Source: Laetmonice hystrix
Lineage: Eukaryota
Direction of reading: 5' to 3'
DNA length: 64,000 bases
NCBI GenBank assembly: GCA_965235115.1
Contig: OZ249436.1
Location: 32,862,001-32,926,000 of the forward strand
Positions within the stretch are counted from its first letter, which is position 1; the number at the start of each line of letters is the position of its first letter. Position numbers and translations under genes: made by a program. The notes beneath the pieces were generated by a model. That model saw only the letters and a list, made by a program, of their open reading frames with translations, was not told the origin of the DNA and did not search any database. Shown here piece after piece: positions 12,122 to 24,900 of this stretch.

Positions 12122-12943
12122 TATTCATGTGGGTTTAATATTGATTGCGTCCAGTAAACTGTTGGTCTCGCTTAGTCTTGGCATATCTATTTACATTGCG
12201 GAAACTCAAAAAAACTGCAATATTTCGAGCCTCCAGTGCAGGGCAAGCAATATAGGCCCTACCTGATATAAGAGATGCGCTATGTAGACATCGTTTTGGT
12301 GTTGGCCACATAATTATCATTTTAAACTAAAAGAGCCACCGCAGTCAAACTACTCACTGTACGGATATCAATGTGATACACAAAATCAATATCCACTATC
12401 CACAAAAAATGTCAATATATATATTTTTTGGGTAAAAATCGGCATTTAGGCCTATACTGACCGCTTGCGGCAGTTCCCGGATAATGACGTCATGAGTTGA
12501 ACTCCCTTCGATAGCGCTCCTCCCTACAGTATGGCGGACAGATCGGATTCTGGCGGTAGCAGCGACTTTTCTATCGATTCTGTGCATTTTTTGGATGACG
12601 AAGATACATTACATTGAACATTCAACGATGGCCCTGTTTATGTTCAAGATTCCGCCTCATTCAGCCCTCCCAGATCCTGATGAATGGGAGTTGAGAGCAA
12701 GAAAAATTGAGAACAACTAGAAATCTGGGATTGGTCTGACTCTACAGGGTCCAAGTCCGTTCGTATTTGGCGTCTGGAGACACACGATAGCCCATTGAGA
12801 GTCAACTGGTATGGAACCTTGCCGCAGATTGAGTACACTGACGGGGTACGGGTTCTATTTCTAGATCCCTTTAGAATGTCACACGGGTCTTGGAGTTACA
12901 CCCTCTTCTGGCTAGATATGTCCGAACGGCTAGAGAGGATATA

Positions 12944-13616
12944 TCGTCGGTTTTTTCTCGAACCGACGAATCTGCACTTTTGCCAAATTTGAGATTTTAT
13001 TATATTCTTGTAAGATTAGACATATACTAACTTCATCCAAAATGTTATCTTCTTATCTTTGTTAATTAGTGAGATATCCAATTAATGTATGTGGCGAATA
13101 TGCATGAAAGGTATAATTTTTTTTTCTCATACTGGCGAATCAGCAATTCGCCGGTCCGAGACGTAACTATGGAAACCGAAGCCTTAATTTCTTTTTTTTC
13201 TAAGCAGCGAATGTGCTATGTATATACTGGGTAGACTTATATAGTTCCCTGCATGCGATGAATCTGCGGCGAATCTGCGGCAGATCTATGAAATTGAGAT
13301 TTTTTTTCTCTCAAAGTGGCGAATCTGCGGCGAATCTACCCCTGACCATAATATGAACGCAAATTTTTTTTTTCTCAAAGTGGCGAATAGGACGAGGTTA
13401 ATTTACGCAGCCGCCGCCAGGTGTCAGGTCACATGATCACATGATTAAAGGGCCCATCGAACGCTTCATCACTCGTGGTTATTTAATAGAAATTCATCGC
13501 AGCTTGACCGTTTCTAAATTTGTACTAGTAAAGTAAATAAAAAACACAAATTTTCAAATGCGTTTTACTCAAAACTACCTTTTTGCAGATTCGCCGGTTC
13601 GAGAAAAAACCGACGA
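12944..13616. mobile_element. TA-flanked MITE (Tc1/mariner-like)
   Basis: TIR tcgtcggttttttctcgaaccg.cgaatctgca. Confidence 0.75.
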
Positions 13617-13985
13617 TATGTCCGAAAATATCAGCTAGATATGTCCGATAATCCGGATGAATGTCTGCAAATATAAGCTAGATGTGTCCGGTAATCCGGA
13701 TATGTCCGCAAATATCAGCTAGAGGGTAGGGTTCACTAGTAAGAGGGTTCACTAGTCCGAAGTGGGCAATAGGCAACCCTAACCCTAAAACCAAATATAA
13801 CTAACCCTAAACCTAACCATAACTCTAACCCATAGGGGATTGGCCTGTCGCACCATTGGGCTGTCGAACAAACGGCCCCCTGAAGTTAGCTCCCTATTTG
13901 CCCCATGTTCCCCTGCCATTGCCTACTGCCAACTTCGGACTATAACCCCGGACTAGTAGGTAGTTCTCCAGCTGGATGTGTCCAG

Positions 13986-14380
13986 TAAGGCAAAAAAAAA
14001 AAAAAAGTTTCGTTTCTTGTCCTTTCATATAAAAAAATTGGTGCGGTGACGCGGGTTTTTTTTTTTTTCATCTTTCTTTTTTTTTTTTGGATGCAACTAG
14101 ACAACGGCCGATTCTTCGAATGCAATTGCTGTTGGGTACATAAATCTTGAAGAAAAGACTAATGCAATGATGTTCAATGTTTTAGAATGTGTAAAACTCA
14201 CATAAAATCAACAAGACTAACAGAAAAACGCCAACGCCAAAGAACCGTTGCAACGTTCTGTCACAGCGCTACACTGCCCACCATATGAAGCAGTCGGATT
14301 TGAAAAAAAAGACTTGACGCGGGGGTTTTTAGGTGACGCGCGCGGGGACAAGAAACGAATCTATTTTTTTTTTGGCCTAA
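13986..14380. mobile_element. MITE with taaggc(a)n...(t)nggcctaa ends
   Basis: Inverted ends including ttcgtttcttgtcc / ggacaagaaacgaa. Confidence 0.55.
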
Positions 14381-14612
14381 TCTGGATATGTCCGCAAATG
14401 TCAGCTAGATATGTCCGGTAATCTAGAGGGGGTTTTGGGGTTGCACCCCCCCCCCCCTTAGAAATCTAGAAAAATTCTATCTGAACAGTCTAAAGCCAGA
14501 TTTCCAACAGATTGCCCCAATGCACTGTGCACAGTGCTATTTTAGTTGACAAAGGAGCAAAATATAAATGTAGTGTAATAAAGTGTTTTATTCTCCTGTC
14601 AAGTTGTTGCAA

Positions 14613-14644
<32 letters not shown>

Positions 14645-15028
14645 TGAATCCGGCCCTGAGGTCCAGTTGCCAACTGGTCCGGACCAGAACCTATTCTTAT
14701 GACTGAAAACCTCGATTGCTATTCAGGCCAGCCCAGATGCCAATGGGGTACCTTGTCTCTAACTATTACCCTCATGTCCGTGCGAATTTTACCATATGTG
14801 GGCAAATGTTAATGAATAGGGTCAAAGAGGGTGGGATGATTTCCCTGTAAGGGAAATGGGATAATAATCGTGTGTGATCAGGAATCCAAATCTTGTGACA
14901 TAGAGTTAGGTTATATCATCGTGTTAAAATGAAGAAGGGATGACGACACGAGGTATCGGCCGTGCTGTGCCGCATATTATACCCTCGGCTCCGCATCGGG
15001 TATATTATCACGGCATAACATAGGTATA

Positions 15029-15172
15029 GGCCCGGTTTCTCGAAAATACTTAAGTCTGAGTTTCACTCAAATCTACTCAACTCCGGAAATGGAGGATTTA
15101 CATTGGCTAAAAACGTTCTTTTGAGTAGATTTGAGTGAAACGCTGACTTAAGTATACTTAAAAGAAACGGCC
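15029..15172. mobile_element. Palindromic Harbinger-like MITE
   Basis: tacttaagtc..gtttcactcaaatctactcaa / ttgagtagatttgagtgaaac..gacttaagta. Confidence 0.65.
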
Positions 15173-17386
15173 ATCACCAGCCTGTACAGGCCAGGCACAC
15201 AGGCCGTGATATTCTAAGCAAGTTAAAAAATATTTGAACACAATTGGTGCTCAAATAGTTAAGATATAAGCACTTTAGTGCCGGAGGCTTCTTAGAACCT
15301 GCTCAGCTGGTGAAGGCTGCCATAGCCTATAGGCTACCGTGTGCTCCTAATCTCAAACTGCGCATGATCGCCCTAGGCGAGCATGCGCAGCACGGCTGCT
15401 CTCCAGTTTCGGAGGAACTAAAAACTGACGCACCTGTTGCGTTCATCGATTCGGAAGGCAGCGAACGTTGACAGCTTATAAGCAAAGTTTGTTAGAACAT
15501 AGACGACACAGTGTTTCTGTTGTGGGGGAAAGCTGTCGTCAGGGGGAAATAATATTCTGACGCCATCAGCATGGCTGGTGTCAGACACCAGCAGCATGGC
15601 TGGTGTCAGAAATGCTACAAGCCTACAGACTACAGTCATAATACTCATACTGTTGGTGGGAAATGGGGAGTTATTATTACCAAAGATTGAACAAAAACAA
15701 TAAATTAGTGTCACAAACTTTGTTCATTTGAATTATCAAGAGTAAGCCCAGCACTGGCCACATAACATCATAGAACTAGACTGACCCATGATAACATTAA
15801 TTTTAAAAATTGCAACTAACTTCAGACTGTAGTCTGTGAAAAGTGCCCTGGAGTTGTGTCGTCAGCAGACATGCTACCATTCGTCAGACAGCCAGCTCTG
15901 TCGTCAATTCTGACGCCATGACGACGGATCAGAAACACTGCGACAAAACCATCGATAGTGATGAGGAATGGCTAGGAATTAAGCCTACCGATGTCAGAGG
16001 ATATATCAGGGTGGACACGGATCTGGGCAGCCGTGGGTTTCGGCCGCCTGCATTCAATTCGTCCCACTCGGACTCGTGTGATGTTGACGGAGCTCATGGC
16101 AAAGAACCGGTATCGAGGTTCTTTGCTCATGGCCCCGAGGCCCGGCCCCACTTTGACTACGACCGCGGGCAATGGCAGTGTCAGTATGGTCAGCACAGCT
16201 GCTGCGCTTAGCTTGACTGTGACTGTGACTGTGGGACTGACCCCCGTCGATTTGCCACCCGCCTCGGCTGCCTTTAGCCTATAGTCCCCTGCACCGTAAG
16301 TTGGGGACTAAAAGCTTAGTTTTTCTGACCTTGGGTGCTTCAAAACCTGCTCGCGGTGGTAATAATGAATCAATTCGCATGGAAATTGTTGCAAAAGAAA
16401 CTAGAGATATATTTTGTCCAGTATGAAATTTAATAAATATTTTTAAGGATTCTTTTTGGTATGGCCATTTAAAAACCACGAAAAAAGTATAAAAAATCTG
16501 AAAACTTGTGACTTTTCTACCTAGCCGGTCTTGCCACTCAAAATCTGTCGCGACGACCTGTACAAAAAAGTACCCAGAATTATTCCCCACATCGTAAGGT
16601 CTTCACAGATATCTTTCTTTTAGCGAGATTCCTTATACATGTAACGTTAGTTTTGAATACAGCGAGCTTTGTTTGGAAATTTAAAAGTTCCCAAAACTTT
16701 GATAATGACGTTAAATATCACAATAGACAGCCAGGCTCCAATCTAAGCTGTGTAGGATCAGAGGCCTACAGTGATGTTTACGGAGGTATTATAATGCTAT
16801 AATTTTCTGAGACTATCCACTGACCTTCGAAGTCTCTGCTTCTGTAGTATTTTAATCCCCCCTTAATAAACAGCAAAATAGTGCAGTCTACGTTAGTCGT
16901 CACGACTGTGCCGCACGTCCTCTCTATGACGTCACAGCCACATGCAGTTGACTTAACGAGGCACGCACTGTCTTTTTGTCAGTGAAACATTGTAATATTA
17001 TGTATCAAAATACGTAGTTACCTATTCTATGATGTCACAAGTGACAATGAAAGCACAAACAGATCGAACCCAGGCTATAAAATTGTAGCCAATGCAGATT
17101 ATGAGGACGTTATCGCCGGCCAGTCTCTGGCCCAGGCGATGACAACGAACGTGTTGACGGCTCTACCAGCCCAAGACAACCGGCCAGTGCACTGGTTTTT
17201 GAGCAGCAGCGCTCTAAAATAACACTTTCTAACTATAAAATAATGATTTATTTTTATAACATTCGGGTTTGCATAAATATTAAGACTAACTGCCCACACT
17301 ATTATTATCACCTAGAACGACATGTTCTGGGGTTTCAAGTGGGGGTTGAACTGGATGGCCTCCCAAGTTCCCAATTTACGGTGCAG

Positions 17387-17524
17387 GGGCCGGTCTCACT
17401 AAAGGCTGGTTAATAACCAGATCGTTAAGTTAACATAGCCTATAGGAGTGAATGGAAGGTTACTGTAACCAGCAGCCTTCCATTCACTCCTATGTTATTA
17501 ACCAGCCTTTAGTGAGACGGGCCC
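17387..17524. mobile_element. Harbinger-like MITE
   Basis: TIR gggcc.gtctcactaaaggctggttaataac, CWG flanks. Confidence 0.75.
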
Positions 17525-17527
17525 CTG

Positions 17528-18218
17528 GGCCCGGTTCCGTTGTGCAATTTTCGTGAGCTGAGCAGCATTTTCGTAAGCTGAGCAGCACTTTTCGTGAGCT
17601 GCTCACGGTCCACCGGTTCCTTTGTGTACTGTGAGCAGTGCTCACCGTGAGCTTTGCTCACGAAATTGCCGTGAGACTTGAGCAAGCTAAGGAGGATGCT
17701 CACGGTGTCGTGAGCAAGCGTGAGCAAGGGAGAATTTCACTCAAATTTACATATTTTTCTTCTTCTTTTCTTTTACTTATTTTGACCACGGGGAGCAGAA
17801 TGTTGTTCTCCAGAAGCCTGCAAATATCGTTTCTGAAATTAAAAAGTATTTCTAGAGCAGCCCGTTGCTGAAAATACTCTGACAGTATCCACTCTGTCCC
17901 GTGGCAGTGTCACACTGTGGCCACAGGCACACGCGTTATTGTGACGTTAGAAATGAGGCCCTATTGTTGTATCTAGAACAGTTCCAAAAGTATTGTGACG
18001 TCACCATATCTGAGTGATGACAATAAACTGTTACATCATATATCCATAGTTACGGTGTCTTGCTCACCGTGAGCAAGTGCTCATGTGAGCAAGTGCTCAG
18101 GGTAAACAAAGGAACCCGATTTACTGCTCACGGTGAGCACTGCTCACGTAAGCAGTAAACTGCTGCTCAGCTCACAACATCTCAGCTCACGGTAAGAGGT
18201 AGACAACGGAACCGGGCC
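17528..18218. mobile_element. Harbinger-like MITE abutting the previous one
   Basis: TIR ggcccggttccgttgt, TSD CTG; internal gtgagc/gctcac motifs. Confidence 0.8.
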
Positions 18219-18630
18219 CTGGAACGTCACTTCCGGCCAGCCCAATAGCAACAAATGGCTGCGCTGCTGAAGCCAGTGATTTTGACACGGTTGTCATGTT
18301 CAACATATGACTTCTTGGAATAGGGGGACATTTATTTCCAACCACTACTCTAAAAGGTGAGTATATATAGAGGCCTTGCAGCTGTCCAAATGTGATTTTT
18401 GAGTATGTTTGAAAAATCGGGCCCTAGTCTCTACGGAAGATTCGAAACAGTCAGTTATTATGGCGTTATCGTTATATGGGCCTGCACCAAGACGCCATTT
18501 ATCTGTACAGATGGTTTCAATAGGCCGACGAAGGAAGAGATATAGATCTAGGCCTATTGGTACCACTATGAAAATATTATCCTCTGTGAGATATCCGGGA
18601 GGAGTTGATATCTAATTGTTTCTGTTGTTT

Positions 18631-18923
18631 TCAACATTCTTCGGCCTGAGGTTCAGGGACACACGGGAATTGTTCCCGTCCACTGTCGTCCACGAATGCT
18701 AAACTTGCAATGGCGTAATCATCTTCATAAGGACATATTATTGTCGGTGTAGGGCTGCTAGACTCCTGTCGACTCCTGCATTGACGATGTCGGCACGAGA
18801 AAACTGTTCCGAAAGCGACGACAACAACTAACACGACACCAAGGGCACTGACGATAGCAATAGTCTGGTCACTCCAACGCCCGCTACTGTCGCCACCGGT
18901 ATATGTCTGGACTGTTGATGACA
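18631..18923 (-). CDS. CACHD1-like terminal exon (transmembrane helix + cytoplasmic tail)
   Basis: IAIVSALGVVLVVVVAFGTVF, then basic CRHRQCR, then stop. Confidence 0.82.
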
Positions 18924-21900
18924 CTGAAACGAAGCAAAACACTTAAAGTATTTGAAAGACTTAAAGGCAGGGTAAACACCCACGGCAAATAAGGTTTCGT
19001 AGACCAAACGAAACACCAGCATTTACCTCAGGGCAATAAATGCCACAATTACGTTGCACTTCAATCCCCCGATTTCTTAAGCGGGGCAGGGTCGGCCAGC
19101 ATCCTGTCTGTGTGTATGGACTGTGTGCCCCTACACACCAGTAATTAATGTGTAACCGCCCGATGTATGACGCCGCTGGTTAATTCTTACCTTGACCTTC
19201 TTGTGTGTTCATCAGAGCCGAATGCTGCACACTGCGGCGTATTGCGTAACATTACGTGTTACTCTGCTCACAGACCTTGTCTACACGATGTTTGGAGTCC
19301 CAACGTTTGTAAACGTCCGAGGTGTTGAACACACAAGCAGAACCAGCGGCGTCACACATCGGGCAGTTACACGTTAATTACTTCATTCAGACAACGTAAT
19401 TGTGTCATTTATTGCCCTGAGGTAAATGCTGGTGTTTCATTTGGTCTACGAAACCTTATTTGCCGTGGGTGTTTACCCTGCCTTTAAAGCTTTATAATTG
19501 CACGCACTTCGAGAATCACAAACTGGTCCTGTCCGACCTGAACGATATCATTTGCATTTATTTAACAAGGAACTGACCCGGCGAATGACTCATAATCAGA
19601 TATTTCTTGGTGGTAAATTCGGACTGTTTACAACCCGACCGTGACGACAGCACATATAATCTTGTGCATTCTCACGCTCACACCCGATGCAGAAGAGGGG
19701 GGGGGGGGGATACCCCAACATGTGCTTGTAATGTAAACAGACATTCGTCTGCGTTACTTGCATCCCACGCATATAGCGTACCTCACTGCACTGCCACAAC
19801 TTCAGTTAAAAAATGCAGGAAATGTGAAGGAGATAGGCTATTAGTACTTGTATTATTTGCTGAGATCATTTTACTAGGCAGGTGAGACTTTGGACGTTTG
19901 GTCTGTACATGGGTAATTTCTGATTTGAAGATATCGGGCTGTGTGAGCACAGGATCATGCCGTGTGATAATGATGGTCATTATCATTATCACACGGCATG
20001 ATCTTGTGCTCACACGGCCCGATATTTGGTCCGATCTGTCTCCGATGTCGGGCGGTCGGAGGATCGGAAGGAAATATCGTGCCGTGTGACACCGGCTTTA
20101 GTCGTTACCCATACTATTATAGTATTAGGAAGGGTCGTCATTGTCGGTTACAGCTTTGAAAAGTATCGGCTGAGAACCTCAACTGGCAGGTGCACATCAC
20201 GTGACACCAGGGAATTCCCCCGTCCGTTCCTAGTCCCAGTTCAAATGGCGTCTGAATGGCCAGGAACGGGTTTACGGTATACGACTGATGAATTCATGTT
20301 AATATGTCAAGATAATCGTTCTTTTCTCAGCTAAAAGGCAGGTATTACCTATATCGTTTCTGCTTGATGTTGAAAGCGTTTGGGGGAAAATTGTCAACAT
20401 TGGATGTCATTATATATATTGGTTTATGTTGTTAGGGCATATATGCTACTACTTAGGCCTGTAAGTCGTTCAAATACTGTAATATGGCTGAGGGATACAC
20501 TTTAGGCCTACTCTTCCATCTAGTTTCCACTGGTTTTCCCATAATCATCATGGGGCCCTCCGTGCCTCTAGGTCACTCTCTTAGCAACAATGACATACGC
20601 CACCAATAACTCGCCAAAGATGTTTAAAAAGATCCAATGGCATAAACCTTTCCAGAGATAACCTGCCCTGTTTGCACAGAAATATATCATTTTTTAACAA
20701 TCTACGTCAATATTATGTCGATTTACATCTAAAAATAACGAAACTGTACGAGCAACCGTGCCATTCTTGCACTTGGACATTGAAAAATACGATCGCAATT
20801 TACTCCAGCTTGGTAACGTTCCTGCCCGCGAGCACCAGTCCGACTAAACACCGAAACTGACCGAATCCGACTGACTGGCATCAGGGCCCGGTTTCAGAAA
20901 GGTTAGCATCTTTTGACTTAAGCTCTGCTCCGGACTGATTGGCTGGTCCTATGCTGCTCAGCTTCAACCAGCGAATCAGAGGCCCTAAGCAGATCTTAAC
21001 TTAAGATCCCCTTTCTGAAACCGGGCATTAACTTAAGATCCCCTTTCTGAAACCGGGCCCTGGTCTGAGATGAATTTGCAAACAGGTAGCTATATCAGAA
21101 AAAGTTGGATTTTTTAAAATTTAGGATGTAATTGGTTCCCTTTAATAATTTACCTGTAACAGCTTCAGTCGGGGCTATCTTCCGAGGATCATGACATCGA
21201 CGTACATCTTCTGAACAGGTTGAAGGAGACAGGGCATGACCCTCGTCATCCGTCCTACCCGGACACCACCTACAACCTCTCTGGTGGCACAGTCTGGGCA
21301 AAAGTGGTTAATATCAGACTCGCAGCATGTGAAGTGAGGACATGGTTATTTCGAGCTGTATTGGACTTTAGATTTACCGATTTACGCCTCAGCCACATGA
21401 AACTGGAGAACGAAGAAGCAACCGTTTAGGAGAAATTATGTGGACTGTAGCCAGGGATTGCATTGAAGAAGGTTATACGCTTCTGATTTCCGTATTTCTT
21501 TCTATACAAAAAAATAACAGTTTCTCTTATTCCTCGCCCAGGCCCATGACCTGTGCACAACTGGGCGGTTCGATTCCGTTGGTTCATTGATAGATGGCTT
21601 CGGTCCTTTTTTTAGCGGCGGATCCCGGATTTTGGACAAGGAGGGTATTTAACATGGTAAAATTCAATTCAAAAAGCTCTATGAGAAAAAAACGGGGAGG
21701 AGGATAACCCCCTTGATCCGGCAATGGTTTCTGTAGCCTACCCCATGTCCCGGGCGTAACGACATCCTGTGCTACAAGATGAGAAGTTTTCAGAGAGATT
21801 CCGGTCCGGTATCTTCGTGTCAAACTCGTCGTTCGGAGGTGGCTTTGGTTGCACGCAGAACGGGAGCAAACTGAAAGGTCAGAGAAAGAATTAGGAACGG

Positions 21901-24900
21901 GGTCCGAGGGGCCCGACAAGCCATGTGTTCGGCGCCTTTAAAATTAAACAGGTGATTATTCTGATATTCACTTTTAATTATACATGTGTAGTCTTCGGTA
22001 CAGTACTGGGTTAGTTTGCAGGGTCGCAGACGGAAGCCATTTCGAAATGGATGGGCATATTAAATTTTGAAATCTTTATAATAAACATTCTGAACTTATT
22101 CCGCAAGCTTTATTCTATGTTATGGCTCCGAAAGATTTCTTGATGAGGCATGCACCAAGTTCTGGCTCCCCTTGTCGGAACTATATTGTAGTGTAGGAAT
22201 GATGATAACGTTGATGTAATGAAGGAGAGACGGGGAACAATATCGTATGAACTGAACTCCTACCTGACGTTAGCGTACAGGTTTGGCCGGTTACTATCAC
22301 AACGACCGTGGCTGTTAGCCTCCACACAGGGACAGTTACAAAGATCGCTACACGGCCCGAACTGAAATAAAGCGTTGACATAATAGGTATCTTCAATCGC
22401 TTGTCTGTTATGTCTTGGAGGGTGGCAGTAATAAAGGCGAGACCAGGTAGAATGCGAGTTTATTTGATACGCTGGCGATGGTGAGATGATTAAAAGCCTA
22501 AATCTTCCCGAATTTTCTCATCTTGAGTTGTCAAGGGGCATCGCGCATCCTGCATTCTACCCCTTGAGCGCAGCCCATGCTAACTGGGCAGAAGTTGACC
22601 CTGAGGTCAACCTTATGAATATTAATAGGACCTGTAATCGGCGCTCCACCTGCACTAACGGTCCACACCGAAGGCTGACTTCTCGCAAAAATGCCTGATA
22701 GCCTTGCCCAGGTCACTGATAAACAAATTTGTCGCTCCCTAACAATACAGTTATAGTCGAGTTGCTGCCCAACTGGACCTGGAAATCCTGTTAAGTACAA
22801 GGTTTTATTATTGAAATGTGTTCCCATGGGCCCTAGGAATATTTTAAACTTTGTTGGCAATGAAACAACTTTGGGGAAAATTTTTAATTAGCTAATTAGC
22901 ATAATTAGCCTGAATTAGCTTAATGAAAAATAACTTTTGAACCAGGAGGCATAGAATCATAAACGAAGACACTTTTCCATACAAGTTCAAACCGAGGAAT
23001 CCATTTCCGGCAATATTTCTCAATTCAGAGGTCAAGGTCAAGGTCAAAGGTCAAGTTCAAAGTCATTCTCATAGAAAATTAACACACTTTGCCTTTTTCT
23101 GTTATTTCATCTTATTTGGCATAGACTCATCCGTAATGGTATATTGTAGATACAACTTTGATATAGGTAATCTATTTCAGACTAAAACTTTTCATCCGAG
23201 GTCAAGGACAAGGTCAAATTATGTAGAACTAAGATATTTAGGGGATTTCTCATATTAGATCTTAACTAGGTCTAGATAGGCATGGTGGCACTTTTTGATG
23301 AAAATTTCACCTGAGCTATTAAGCAGAGATGGCAAGCAGCATCCTTAGGAAAGTTTTTTCAAAGTCAAGGTGGATCCCTAGAGCCAAAATCCAAGATGGC
23401 TGTCGTCCACCATCTTGGAAAACAAGGCAGACTCAAAGCCTGGGAACCGTTTGTCTTAGAAATTAATATGAAACATGTTTTTCAACTAAATTGAGGTCGC
23501 TAAACTCATTTCTGACGTCAATTTTTCGAGGGGGACTGTGTTTTATAAAATTCAAGATGGCTGCCTTCCGCCCTCTTGGAAAACAAGGCCGACTCATAGT
23601 TGGGAACGGCGTGCCCGTCCCCTCATAACTGCAAAATTAGGAAGGTCCACCAGGCTTCCCAGCCACTCTGGAAATCAGGCAAATCCTTGCAATTGGTGTT
23701 CCATTTTCCATTTTCCAGTCAGGGAAAACTCAGGGAATTGGGTGAAAACATATAAAATCAGAGAAAACGCAGGGAATTTGACAATGACCCAGATGGGAAA
23801 GGTATTCATCAGTTAATTCAATTTTGCGGGCGCATCTTTAGTGTGTCCGAAGTTGTATCCATTGACTAATTTGTATCGTGGCTTTTTAGTGTTCATAGAG
23901 TGCGCAGCATATACCTCTTAAGATCATTATAATCAGTTATGCTATTTCTCATGGAATTTTGGAAATTTCTCAGAGAATTCTCAGGGAAAACTCAAGGAAT
24001 TTGATATTTACAAAAAGCTGGGAACCCTGTTCACTGCATTTGGATGCCTGTTGAAAAGGCATTGTGCTTTTTTCCGGTATTTAAATGCCTGCTTACATTC
24101 GTCATTAAATCATGGATTTGAGACGTGTTTAGGAATTGTCGAGGATTTAGAAACTGTCCTGTCTGCAAGGGGCATTAAATGGGGGGTTGCTCCCGACACA
24201 GGGTCTGGAAGCCGTGCCGCCTTTTTTAAGTTGCCACCTTGGTTGTTTTTCCTCTATATGTTGGGTCCTTCATATTGAATTATTAGGGAGAAGTGTTCAC
24301 TCCCACAAAGGTCATACTATATCCTCCAGGAAAATTCCAGCAGCAGATCTGGTTCAGCTATTGCCAGGTCAATGGCTGTATAGGTGCCATGACCGGGATG
24401 CAAGTATATATGTTGGAACCATCATTATAAATGCATATAGTGGTTGTCAATGAACTCTTGTCTTTGCCATCACCGGCATCAGTTGTGGTGCCACCCCACT
24501 TTGTGGCCGTTAAAGTCTCCCGGAAGAAGATATGGGAATGGCAGTTGACCAACTAGATCATCAAGATCCTGGCGGGTTAAGACACTGTTTGGGGTAATGT
24601 ATGGAGCAGATAGTTATGGCTTTATGCAGAGCTAGGCGAATGGCTCTTGACTGTAAAGGGGTGTCTATTGTAACAGGGCTATGGATGATATCTTGTCGAA
24701 CCAGAATGGCAGTGCCGCCAGCAGCATGGCCGCCATCTGTTGTAAAACCAAAGTGAGCCTGATTTCTCTTGAACGAGACCTTGTCTTGGGCAGTAAGAAA
24801 TGTAGGTAAAGGGCAAAAATTGGCCCTAAAACCTCGACAATTTCATTGAAGGAGGCGTGTGCTTGCCATCAAGGTGGATTAACAGGCAAACGCCCATTAT

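Noticed and set aside
13775..13830. Telomere-like aaccct repeats (also near 45500-45545 and 50660-50700)
   Set aside because: Short and degenerate, and embedded in MITE-like elements rather than forming a telomeric array.
15418..16590. Cluster of ORFs of about 100 aa
   Set aside because: No recognisable domain or consistent splice structure; probably decayed repeat sequence that I could not classify.
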